A stretch of DNA of 61,514 nt, counting the filler, from Squatina squatina (taxonomy: Eukaryota): NCBI GenBank assembly GCA_031763465.1. It is 3 parts of 3 records of this genome, joined end to end, with 100 filler letters (N's around TTAATTAATTAA, not from the genome) between each part and the next. Parts side by side here need not be neighbours in the genome. Positions count along the whole stretch, not along the records: positions 1 to 18,740 come from JARFOE010000013.1; 2 more parts are not named here. The stretch is one strand, 5' to 3'. The translations under genes were made by a program, and so were the position numbers. The notes beneath the pieces are model-generated. The model had not been told where the DNA came from and did no database searches. It was given only the letters and a program-made list of their open reading frames with translations. The first letter of the stretch is position 1, and each line of letters opens with the position of its first letter. Shown piece after piece: positions 1-10,985 of this stretch.

Positions 1-303
1 TTTGAAAGGGGCAGGTCCTCAGGAGTGCCTACATTAACATTCAGAGGTTCCCCATGCAACACAAAAAAAAACATTTAGGTCATTGCAAGAGAAAATTGCA
101 ATTGTCATTTTTCCATCTACAAGATGATAGCCCTTTAAGCAAAAAAGGCCCAACTTTTCAATGAAGATCGCAGAAGCTTCCTGTGAAAGCCAAAAGGAGG
201 AACTCTCTAAACTCAACTTCGTTTATTTAACGAGACCGGCAACAAGTCTTTCCAACGCGTTACCCACTGGGAGATCTCAGATTGATGGCTTTGTCTCCAC
301 CAA

Positions 304-1087
304 TCACCGATCTAAAGTAACGGAGATCCTGCTAAAGTCACCACGACTGCCTTCGTTTTTCAGATCCGCAAAGACCTGCGTGAAATAATGAGGATCCGCG
401 TTGATCTGGAGCATCTTGGTGCTCATGGTGTCAATGATACGAAGGCACCGGTCCCAAAAAGCATCCTTGGCGCTCTCCACCAAAAAGGGCTTCAGCGGGT
501 AGGATATCTCGTTGCCCATGTAGGAGTAAGACAGGTAGAGACAGGTCAAGAGGGTGGCTTGCAAGTCATGCTCTGTGGCCACCTGGTCCCCGTCGATGAC
601 ATCTCTACAAAGCAAGTAGACAAAGACCACGTTGGCAGGGGTGACGAATGCCTGATCCTGCCAACCTTGGAGCAACAAGGAGCGGTCAACACTACGCAAC
701 CATAGGACCGGATCTGTCGGGGCCAAGTGCATTAGCCGGTAACACCGCCGGCAAAGGAAGTCTCCTAGACACTTCAATAATTCACTGGTGGACGCCTGGA
801 CTATTACACGTTTGGGAGATCCTGCTCCGCCATTGTGGGAGGTGGCCTTCTTGATGGAAGAGAGCGGTTTGGTGCTCGAGTGGTCACCGGGCACCTGGAG
901 TTCATAGCTGGAAAGGTTGGCACGGGAGAGAGACTTTTTCACGTTTTCACTGTTCAGGTGGACCACGTCATTCTGGTGATGATAGTTACTCGGGTTGGAC
1001 TTTCTGGAGCTTTTCTTCTTGGTTGAGGCTACCAGCCGCTTCCAAGTCAAGGCTGGGATGAACAAAGAGTGGCGCTTCAGGCTCTTC
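304..1087 (-). CDS. CDK5 activator (p35/p39 family, CDK5R1-like), intronless, 5' end lost in N gap
   Basis: Frame reads [19 protein letters not shown]...[29 protein letters not shown]...[31 protein letters not shown]...[23 protein letters not shown]...[19 protein letters not shown]...LDR*. It is open up to the gap at 1088, so the myristoylated MGTVLS start is missing. Family is certain; paralog is not. Confidence 0.95.
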
Positions 1088-1187
1088 NNNNNNNNNNNNN
1101 NNNNNNNNNNNNNNNNNNNNNNNNNNNNNNNNNNNNNNNNNNNNNNNNNNNNNNNNNNNNNNNNNNNNNNNNNNNNNNNNNNNNNNN

Positions 1188-1630
1188 TCTGTAGTTCCCT
1201 GTTTTCTCTCTCCCTCCTTTCTTAAATAGTGGGGTTACATTTGCTACCCTCCAATCTGCAGGAATCATTTTAGAATCTATTAAATTTTGGAAGATGACAA
1301 CCAATGAATCCACTATCTCTATAGCCACCTCTTTCAAAACCCTGGGGTGTAATCGTCGGGTCCTTGGGATTTATTGACTTTCAGTCCCATTAATTTCTTT
1401 AGTACTATTTTTTCACAAATACTGATTTCTTTCAGTTCCTCATTCTCGCCAGACCCTTGGTTCTCTAGTATTTCTAAGAGTATTTTTTTGTGTCTTCCGT
1501 GAAGACAGACATAAAGTATTTGTTTAATTTCTCTGCCGTTTCCTTATTCCCCATTATAAATTCTCCTGTCTCTGACTGTAAGGGACCCACATTTACTTTC
1601 ACTGGTCTTTTCCTCTTTACATACCTACAT
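1188..1630 (-). mobile_element. CR1 LINE ORF2 fragment (degenerate)
   Basis: Translates GPLQSETGEFIMGNKETAEKLNKYFMSVFT and KEVAIEIVDSLVVIFQNLIDSKMIPADWRVANVTPLFKKGGREKTGNYR, the CR1 region just upstream of the RT domain; frameshifted. Confidence 0.9.
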
Positions 1631-1699
1631 ACATACTGGGCTGGGTGTGCCATTATTGTGTCTGTAGCCAATGCTGTCCGGTTTTTAAATTCTTGTTGA

Positions 1700-1887
1700 A
1701 CCAAAGCCCTGTCTGCCCTCTTGGGTTCACATAAAACATCTCGTAGCACTATTTGAAGAGGGGTTCTCCTGGTATCCTGGCCAATGTTTGTGCTGTTTCC
1801 AACATTGCAACAATAACTACACTTCAAAAGTATTTAATTGGCTGTGAAACACTTTGGCATCCTGAGGTCATGGAAGTTCTTTCTTTC
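1700..1887 (+). mobile_element. Decayed SacSINE1/DeuSINE-like fragment
   Basis: Collinear similarity to the 7862-8330 element (gcactatttgaagag, tcctggccaat, cttcaaaagta...ttggctgt, tcctgaggt). Confidence 0.7.
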
Positions 1888-2112
1888 ATGCAGCACCACT
1901 GAAAGCATAACACACTGTGATCAGGGTGCTTCTGACAAGGCATTTGAAAGTATTGTTGTCGGGCAGTTACACATCATGGAGGTTGTGGTTGGGTGGCGAT
2001 GTTTTCTGGGCCGGTGTCTGATTGATTGGATTCCAGATGAACAGATGGGGTTCGGATGGGAGCTTGTGACTGTCTCAGTTTCTCAGTACAGTCTGTTGAT
2101 CCCACACTCTAG

Positions 2113-2245
2113 GTTTGAAGGTCGAAAGCGACACAAAAAAGAGAAAAAGAGCAAAAAGGAAAAGAAGAAAAAGGAAAAGAAGAACAAGCAGCACAAGAAC
2201 CGGACAAAAGCGTCACTGTCTGAGTCAAGCCATCGAGACAGGTAG
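2113..2245 (+). CDS. Putative lysine-rich terminal exon of an unidentified gene
   Basis: ctctag acceptor, then FEGRKRHKKEKKSKKEKKKKEKKNKQHKNRTKASLSESSHRDR*. Mixed AAA/AAG codon use suggests coding sequence rather than a simple repeat. Confidence 0.4.
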
Positions 2246-2788
2246 ATCGTAGGGGAAGTTGTTGGACGAGATGTAGGGGAAGGAGTGACCCTGTGCATCT
2301 TGTCATAATCAGGAGTGAGCACGATTGGTTCGATGAAGGTGCTTTTCTTTTTACAAACATTCACGGGGAAAAGGAGCTTCGAAAGAAGCAGTAAATTGCA
2401 TCAACATGGCCTTTAATGCAAACAACTTCACAACACCACAGAAAAAAGATGCCAAGCGAGATGGGAGGGGAACCAAAAGTTTGGTTGATGAGACTGGTTT
2501 ATAAAAAGTTGTCTATTTGCAACACCAAAGTTCTGATTGGTTCCCTTGGATGACAGACCTGATTTCTGATTGTCTCCCTTCGAGGACAAGACCCACCTGG
2601 AATATGTAATTAGATCCTCCCTACCTACATAATCAATTACTTTGCAAAGTACCATTTGAGCCATTCTAACTGCCTACAGACCNNNNNNNNNNNNNNNNNN
2701 NNNNNNNNNNNNNNNNNNNNNNNNNNNNNNNNNNNNNNNNNNNNNNNNNNNNNNNNNNNNNNNNNNNNNNNNNNNNNNNNNNGTCCAA

Positions 2789-2844
2789 TGTGTGACATCT
2801 GGTGTGTGATGTCTGGAGTATGTTGTCCGGTGTGTGAAATCTAG
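2789..2844. repeat. Degenerate 14-bp tandem repeat (tgtgtgatgtctgg), about 4 copies
   Basis: tgtgtgacatctgg tgtgtgatgtctgg agtatgttgtccgg tgtgtgaaatctag at a contig edge. Confidence 0.75.
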
Positions 2845-5800
2845 AATGATGGTTGGACTGTTACGGTCTTTTCTAAACACAAGACCTTTGTGTACACAAA
2901 TGGCATTTGCGATGAACTTATAATCTGCTATTGTTAACAGGTATGTGGACAAGGGAAAATGTAAATGAAAGTATGTCAAAAATGTGAAAGTCTGAATTCT
3001 GGTCAATCATTCACTTAACCAAAGTACCATCTACTGTCACTGTGATAAATTATACACCAAGAAGGAATTAAAATAGATTCCTGTCAAAACTGTTTAGAAC
3101 AGGAGGCTATTAATACAATTTAAGTAGTAACTCAATCCTCTTCCTACAAGGTTCAAATTGAAATTTCAGCAGTTAGGTTGGGTCTGGCTGAGATTCCTGG
3201 CTCCCGTTCAAAGTTGACAGCCACTAGGAATTTTCAGGTGCAGAATGAAGTGAGGTTGCTGCTAGGTATAACAGTAACCCTTTCGGTGCCAAACCCAGAG
3301 ACAGGATGAAGAGAAGAAAATTGAACTGTCTGCCTCAGGAACATTGTCCTCTGGATCAGATGCTAAACCAAAGCTCCATCTGCCTGTTCCAGCAGTTTGA
3401 ATGGACGTTAACGGTGCCACTGCCATCTTGGGTATTTACTGCGTTAAAGATGCTATAGAAATGCAAATTATTTTGGTTGCCATCACCTGGGCCAGCTTTC
3501 CTCAAGCAGCACCATCAAAAATAGGTTAACCCATCCTTATTTTTCTGCTGTCTGTGGGATCTTACTATGTGTAAATCGTTGCTTATATAACAACAGTGTC
3601 CATATGTCAAAAATTCATTCGTTGGCTTTCAAGCCAATGGTGATGTGAGAGATGCTATAGCACGATATAGATGCAAATTCCTTCTCTAGTGTAGCCAGAT
3701 ATAGTGCAGCCAGATACCATGTAAAGCTCAGTCTGCTTTACAGCAACAATGTGCTTTAACCCCAACCTCATAAAACACCCCAATTGTCTCTGTGATTTAT
3801 TTTTCATCCTCATGACCTCTACAAGAAAAAATTGCCAATTTAGTGTGTTAGTGTCAAACTATGGGTAAGCTTACACCATGGAACTCTACCAACTTTTTGT
3901 GATTGTCCTAAATTTATTTTACACAGTGATGTTACAGCCAGCTGAGAGAAAAGACTTTCATCCTATCAGCTTGAGTTGGATGCCAGAAGGCGCAAAGACA
4001 ATGTGTTAACCCATCTGGAACACCAACTGTCATGCCAAGTCACCAAAATATTGAAGAGTGAAATAAATTATATTGGAGTTGAGCAAGCTGATCAGGATTT
4101 GAAAATGGAAGATGCATTGACAATACCTGGCTCACATTTGAGAGTTGTACAGGCTGTGTCTCAAATGGAGCTCATGGTACTTGGGAGCAGTACAGGCTAT
4201 GTTGACAATAAAGAGGCTAGGGGTGAAATTAGTTTTGGGCAGCAGGGCAAAATGGACGATAGCAAATCGGCAGCTCTTTTTGCACCCCTCCTGATTTACT
4301 TTTCCATTGTGGAGAAGAAAAATTATGCGGGGTGTAATNNNNNNNNNNNNNNNNNNNNNNNNNNNNNNNNNNNNNNNNNNNNNNNNNNNNNNNNNNNNNN
4401 NNNNNNNNNNNNNNNNNNNNNNNNNNNNNNNNNNNNNNTCTGGGTCTGTTGTCAACTAATTGATTGATTTCTATGATTAGTCAACAACTCCATTATCATT
4501 GCATCATATGACTACCAGGATGGTAGAGGGCAAACTAGATGGACCTTGGTCTTGTGTCATCTAGCAATTCCTATGTTCATCTGAAAGATGTAGCAGGTGA
4601 TGTGGCTTCAGGAGATGGTTCCATGGTGACTGAGGGATTGAGGAGCAGAGGATCCAGGTTATGATTAAAAGCTTGGAGAGATTGGGATACAGGGGTCTAA
4701 ATCTTTCATTCCCAACCTTTCTGCCTCAACAATGAAGCGATTTTTCAGTGCAACCCTGAAGTGTCAGCCTAGATTAGTGCTCAAGTCACACAGATTTGAG
4801 AGTGCTACTGAGACTAGCTGACACCCATGCTTGGCAATCCCCAGGTGAGTTTTCCAGCTGTAGCATGATATAAGTCAGAGCATGTTGAGGAATTTTGTGC
4901 CCATTTACTGCAAAATGCCACAGCTCAGCTGAAAGGATGAAGTGATGTCAGCAGCTCTGGAAACAGTTGAAAAGCTGGATTGAGTCAGTGATAAGAAGAC
5001 AAAGCAAGGCAGCTCCACCTTAGATGAATTTAGCACTTTGGCACTCTACCGTTCTGTCAGAAGACGAGCTGTACTGCCAAGTCAGGGCTCAGCATTTCAA
5101 ATTACGATTCAGTGACTGTGCCGATAGCTTGAGGCTTTGCAAGTAAGGCAAGTTGCCACATGCACACTGCACAGCNNNNNNNNNNNNNNNNNNNNNNNNN
5201 NNNNNNNNNNNNNNNNNNNNNNNNNNNNNNNNNNNNNNNNNNNNNNNNNNNNNNNNNNNNNNNNNNNNNNNNNNNAGACAACCCAACTTAGCCACAAACC
5301 AACTAATCCAATGTCCCCATCAAAAAAGGAACAAAGCATAACTTGAAAGACACAGAGAATCCTCGCTGTAAACTTTCAAGTGGATGCATTGCAAACGTAT
5401 TATTCACCGAGATTAGTCTTTATGAGCCCAGGCGAATCTGTTATAATTTTGTCACTGCAACTTTTAATGTTGTGTCAGTACCTCTCACCTGCTGACTTCC
5501 AGACCTTTCCAGGAATCTATCTAAAGAAAATAGACACAGTTGACAGTGTACATAACTAACACTCTCTGAAGTGATTCATGGCTAATGACAGCTTACCTAA
5601 AATATTCAATATTCTGTTTGTTTTAGAGATGTGCTGACAGCAGGAATGGACAAAGTAAACACTTTCCACTGTGCCAAACAGATGCTGGACACATTCCCCC
5701 CATGGTCCTCAGCATCTTCCATCAAAGACCCACAAGCAGTATAAGTTAGCTGCTCGACCGGGAAGCAATTGGCAAATTTCCAGTCAGACTCCCTCGTAGA

Positions 5801-5893
5801 TTTTGAAAAGTCAGGCCTTTTTTGCAATTCCTTTTCTCCCACGATCTCCTCTCGAGGGCTTGACTCTTCCTGGGGCATGAGGCCAGGGACACC

Positions 5894-5912
5894 CGCTGCC
5901 CTCTGCTGGCCT
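5894..5912 (-). promoter_or_regulatory. CTCF core motif
   Basis: Minus strand AGGCCAGCAGAGGGCAGCG matches the CCASYAGRKGGCRS consensus. Confidence 0.55.
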
Positions 5913-6757
5913 AGAACAAGTGGCCACTATTCCCGTGTGAGCCTAGCTAGTGGTGTTGCTCAGCTGTTTGGAACTAGAAGGCAACCCATAAGAAGATCTC
6001 GAGCAAGGAAAGGCCATTCTGCCCTCAAACCCATTCAATCCAGAGTCCATGTATGACTATTCTTTCATTGAATTCCCTCCAACCAATTCTACCTGTTGAT
6101 CTATTTTAGGAAACCAAGATTTCCTTTACTTGGCCTCTCCTTAAAAAATATCTAGCAGTTGTTAATATCTCTCTAATGCCCGACCCTATGTTGCAACGGT
6201 TAGCAATTCAGTTCCTTTTAAATGTGCCAATTAACCTCAACTTCCTTCCTTAGGTATCTGATACACACCTCCAGCAACCTGTAGGATAAATAGTTTTTTT
6301 TCTAATCTCCAGCCTTACTTGACGCCGATGCACTTTGTTCTTGTCCGTTACTGCGCTCTCCCAACATTCACACACAGGCGCTTTTCAGCAGGGAGAGGGG
6401 TCACTGCATAGCAATCAGGGGGAGACAACCTAATCCAGTGAACTAAGACTAATTGTTGCTCCCCAACTGCTGCCTTAGTGAGATAAGCTAATATATAGCA
6501 GGGGCAAAACAACCTGAATCACTGGCATTTTTGGGCCCAGACTCGGTGCCCCAACTGGAAGGCTCAAGGAGTTGGGCCTCATTAACATTTTACGCGTGAG
6601 CTGCTGGCAAACACATTTCTATGCCACAGTTCCAGCCTGGACATTTTTATCTTTGCATGAAACCATATGCATTTTTTGTTACATTGAATTTCATCAGCCA
6701 CCTGCCTGCGCAAATCCCAAAGTATATTCAAAGACTCCTGTAAAGCTTTGGAATCAA

Positions 6758-7404
6758 GGGCACCCAATTCGTCCTTTTTTTCCGGCGTTAAACTTGCGCT
6801 AAATGGGCATTAAGGGCTTAACGCCGATTTTGGGCGTTAAATTTAGCGCTTTGAAATTCAACCCCCCTTAACGCCGGCGCTAAATGGGCGCTAACCCCTT
6901 AAGGCTTCAATCGTTAAGTTCAGCGTTAAAGTGTCTCAATGATGTCATCAGCACGAGCAATGCCCAAAATGGCCTCCCGCTGTGGAATTTGACAAGGCTA
7001 CAGAGCCTTAAAATTAGCGGTGACAACACCCCGTTTTTTTGACTGTTGAAATGCCTCATTTCAGAACTCTAAGCGCTAATGAAAGCACTGGGACTGGGCT
7101 TCAGTCTCATTTTCTCTCCCAGCTCCATCTCGCTCAAATCACATGACTTTTCACTTTATAGCATCACTCTGAGACAGTGCTGACTTCTTTTTGGTTTGTC
7201 CTGAGCTTTGGCCATCTCGCAGATTTCGGTCCCAGTCGCCATGGGTGCTGCACTCACAGTTGAATGGATACTCATCCAACATCACATGCGCAACCTCAGG
7301 CACAGAAGAGATCTTCTAGACAGGCAGAGAGATATGGGGGCAGAGGCAAATGAGGCCAGGGCTGAGGAAGCAGCAGCTCCTCAACCAGACCAACCACAAC
7401 AACC
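6758..7404 (+). mobile_element. PIF/Harbinger-like DNA transposon end, with the start of an ORF (ATG 7241)
   Basis: Begins GGGCACCCAA (same terminus as 37569). Subterminal repeated ttaacgcc/gcgttaa/gcgctaa motifs, then gtcgccATGG opening MGAALTVEWILIQHHMRNLRHRR..., which runs into the gap. Confidence 0.6.
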
Positions 7405-7861
7405 NNNNNNNNNNNNNNNNNNNNNNNNNNNNNNNNNNNNNNNNNNNNNNNNNNNNNNNNNNNNNNNNNNNNNNNNNNNNNNNNNNNNNNNNNNNNNNNN
7501 NNNNGAGTATTTTTTTCCCCTTAACTTGGTTTTAGTACTCCGCACTGTTTATCCTCCCCTGCCACAGACCACACCCTGGTCGAGAAGCTCCCAGCTCTCC
7601 GGCGCTGCCGCTGTTAGGCCAGCTGCTGGCTGTGCAAGAGGGTGGCTTTAGGACATTTCCTCCGCCCTTTGTTTCAGTGAGGAAGCATTTTACCAGCGCT
7701 CTGCACTTTCCCCAACACTGTGGCTGAGACCAGGCACTGCCTGAGTAACAGTGCAGGTTTGAGGCCACGTGTTATTGCGCCTTCCTTGCTATTCAAAAGG
7801 GAGTCATGCCTGAAGTCCAAGCTCTTGCCCCATTCTTAGAACAGGGATGCTATCTTCTGTG

Positions 7862-8330
7862 TTAGTCGCGGCTCCACTGGTAGCACCCTCGCCTCTCGAG
7901 TCAGAAGATTGTGGGTTCACAGTCGCACTACAGGGACTTGAGCACAAAAATCTATGCTGGCACCCAAGTGCAGTGCTGAGGGAGCGCTGCACTGTCGGAG
8001 GTGCCGTCTTTTGGATGAGACATTAAACTGAGGTCCTGTCTGCTCCCTCAGGTGGATGTAATAGATCCCATGGCACTATTTTGAAGAAGAGCAGGGGAGT
8101 TATCCCCGGTGTCCTGGGCCGATATTTATCGCTCAATCAACATCACTAAAAAACAGATTATCTGGTCATTATTACATTGCTGTTTGTGGGAGCTTGCTGT
8201 GCGCAAATTGGCTGCTGCGTTCCCTACATTATAACAGTGATTACATCTCAAAAGTACTTCATTGGCTGTAAAGCGCTTTGGGATATCCTGAGGTTGTGAA
8301 AGGCTCTGTATAAATGCAAGTGTTTCTTTA
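7862..8330 (+). mobile_element. Near full-length SacSINE1/DeuSINE-type tRNA-derived SINE
   Basis: tRNA-like head (ggtagcac...gtgggttc), Deu-domain core gctgagggagcgctgcactgtcggaggtgccgtcttttggatgagacattaaactgaggtcc...gatcccatggcact, and L2-like tail gtaaagcgctttggg...tgaaagg...tataaatgcaagt(ttct). Many partial copies occur in the window. Confidence 0.85.
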
Positions 8331-9170
8331 ATGCCTATTTTAGACGGCCATCCCAGATCCCTGTAAAATGGTCCAACCCAATATTGGGTTAGCTGTCTTT
8401 CAGGCTTCCTTGCGAGGCAGGACGTTGATCTCTGGAATTGGTCCTTATTGTTGGTCCTGTAAAACAGGTGTGACAAGATCCAATATCTACCCTAACGACT
8501 GTTATCAGAGACAAACACAACAGCCACTTTTCTTGCAAGTTCCCAAAAAACAGAAATGAGCTGAGTTAGTCTATTTTTTTTTGATAGTGTCGGTTGAGGG
8601 AGGAATGTTTGCCAGGACACCCAGCTCTTCTAGTAGTGCCAAGGGATCTTAAACGTCCACCTGAACCACCAGAGCAGCCTTACAAACTTGGCTTTCCATA
8701 TTTAGATTGTGCACATTCGGAATATTTAAAGGGATACCAAATTGTATGGATCATTCCTGCGATTGTGCGCTAAGAGTTCTCATTCAAAAAAATCAGCCCT
8801 TTTGAGTGGGGGCTGGACTCACAACCATCTGACTTAGAGACCAGAAAACTACCAACTCAGCCAAGTTGGCACTCCTAACTGCATTTGACACCAGTTCAAA
8901 CTCTTCTTAATAAAGGAATGTATTGGCATTCTGAGCCTCATAACAGCCGATCCTGAACAAGCTGCACCACCTCTTCACTAAGAACTTGACGTGTCATCCA
9001 TCACAATGGAAATATCAAGTAACAAGATTGTTTGTGATTAGCTGTCAGGGCCGCTAGGTATTGAGTGATCNNNNNNNNNNNNNNNNNNNNNNNNNNNNNN
9101 NNNNNNNNNNNNNNNNNNNNNNNNNNNNNNNNNNNNNNNNNNNNNNNNNNNNNNNNNNNNNNNNNNNNNN

Positions 9171-9280
9171 TCTGTGGTAGAGAATTCCACAGGTCCACCA
9201 CTCTCTGGGTGAAGAAATTCCTCCTCATCTCAGTTCTAAATGGCTTATCCCTTATCCTTAGGCTGTGACCCCTGGTTCAG
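9171..9280 (-). mobile_element. CR1 LINE 3' ORF2 fragment
   Basis: Translates RRNFFTQRVVDLWNSLPQ, the CR1 ORF2 C-terminus. Confidence 0.85.
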
Positions 9281-9347
9281 GCCTTTAGGGCCTGAGCTAG
9301 ATTTGGAGTCGGGGTTGGGGCTAAGGTGAAGAAAATGGCTAGATTTA

Positions 9348-9439
9348 GGGAGTGAAATTGGTCTTCACCAGTCATGCGAAATGGATTCTTAGCGAATCAG
9401 TAGCTTTACACCACACACAATATTTTCCATTTTGCCCCC
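9348..9439. mobile_element. Short MITE-like (Harbinger-type) element
   Basis: Ends gggagtgaaat / attttgccccc flanked by TTA and TAA. The interior resembles the copy starting at 4220 (ggggtgaaattagttttg...aaaatgga...tagcaaatcggcag). Confidence 0.5.
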
Positions 9440-9577
9440 TAAGTATAAGGATTAGATTGAGGGTGAAGGTTTAGTTTTTCTTCATGGTCTGGGTTTGATT
9501 TGGGATTTCCATTAGCATTTGCTGCCACATTCTCACTCTGTGGAGATCGATCAAAGGTGATTTATTAAACCTGTGTG

Positions 9578-9680
9578 AAAGAAAGGACTCGTATTTATAT
9601 GGTGCTTTTCACAACCTCAGGTTGTCCCAAAGTACAACCAATAAAGTACTTTTGAAGTACAGTCACTGTTGTAATATAGT
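9578..9680 (-). mobile_element. SacSINE1-like 3' tail
   Basis: Reverse complement of the tail at 8230-8330. Confidence 0.75.
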
Positions 9681-9687
9681 GAAAGCA

Positions 9688-9945
9688 AGTGCGTGTGCAG
9701 TCATGTGTGCTCACACATGTTTCCATGGAGGTGTGCGCACACGTTTCCATTCGGGTGCTTGCACGCATGGCTGCATGTGCACATGTTACAGTACATGTGT
9801 GAGTGTATATTTGACTGTGTGCGCGGCAGGTGCAAGTACATGCATACATAAGTGTGAGAGCACCTGAATGTATGTACTTACACGCATATCGACGTAGGTG
9901 AGTGCTCACAATGATATATATGTATGTGTGTGTGTGTACACACTT
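9688..9945. repeat. Degenerate alternating purine-pyrimidine (TG/CA/TA) low-complexity tract
   Basis: gtgcgtgtgca...acacatgt...gtgtgcgcacac...tatatatgtatgtgtgtgtgtgtacacac. Confidence 0.8.
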
Positions 9946-10779
9946 GCTGGGTGTGGGGTTAAAGCTCTCAAGTAGGAGCTGCAGCCGATGCTATGACTGA
10001 TCAAATAGGCTTTGATCTATTTAGTTAAGTTTTGTTATCCCCCAAGGGCTGAGTGCCTCAGTGACAATCGGCAGATCTGCGTAGCATTNNNNNNAGTCCA
10101 ATTATCCACTTATGATCATGAGCCTGGTGTGCGCAAAGCTCTCATCTCTTAAAAGGACACTCAAAGCCGAGAACCTTTAAATAACGCCCCTCAGAGCCCC
10201 CCGCCCCCACAAAATAGCTAACGTACACCTGCATCAATGTAGATTTTAGTACATCTCACAAGGTGTTGCAACGCGCAATTGATATCTAATTTGCATTTAA
10301 TATCCTTGTGACGGAAGCGTGCAATCTTGTATCATTTCAGAAAAAGGTCATATATCTATTTTAATTCTCTAGTCTTTCTTTGCTATTGGCATCTCATTAA
10401 AGCTTAATCCAGCGAAACTGGATTGTTGCTGGATGGGTCAGGTCCAAACGGGCTCCCTGCCTTCAACAGTGCTAAATATAGCGATACTCGACAGAGACGT
10501 GGAGATTTCTCTGTCAGGAATCCCTGTTGACAGGATAATCGTTAAAAATGCGCTGTTAATAAAATGTGCAATGGAAGACAATAAATCAAAAACTCTTGTG
10601 TGGCAGAAAGGTCAGACATTCTTTGAGGAGTGGTTGATACTGAGTAGGAAACCAATGCACAACCCACATCGCCGAGGGCATGTTGTAATTTGTTTTTGGG
10701 ATGTCGATATTGGGGAATGGAAGACTTCAGACACCCAATAGCATGCCCATGTCAGCTACAATGCAGCCAAATACAGAGT

Positions 10780-10985
10780 ATGAGGGGCTTTGATCATGTA
10801 AACAAGGAGAAGCTGTTTCCACTGGCGGGTGGGTCGGTAACCAGAGGACGCAGATAATTGGCAAAAGTACCAGAGTGCAGATGAGGAGAATTTTTTTACA
10901 CAAATTGTTGTGATCTGGAAAGCATGGCCTGAAAGGGTTGTGGAAGCAGATTCAATAGTAACTTTCAAAATGGAAGTGAATATAC
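10780..10985 (+). mobile_element. CR1 LINE 3' fragment (old)
   Basis: aggagaagctgtttccactggcgg...gatgaggagaatttttttaca...tggaagcagattcaatagtaactttcaaaa, a typical CR1 3' region. Confidence 0.75.

Noticed and set aside
161-1026. Plus-strand ORFs overlapping the CDK5 activator
   Set aside because: Antisense shadows of a GC-rich coding exon.
3976-4338. Long ORF (163 aa in the track)
   Set aside because: No recognisable protein; the 3' part is a MITE-like repeat and the ORF runs through an N gap.
5606-5878. 90-aa ORF, with a neighbouring ttttag|gtaag recursive-splice-like motif at about 5595
   Set aside because: No homology, no real polypyrimidine tract and no host gene context.
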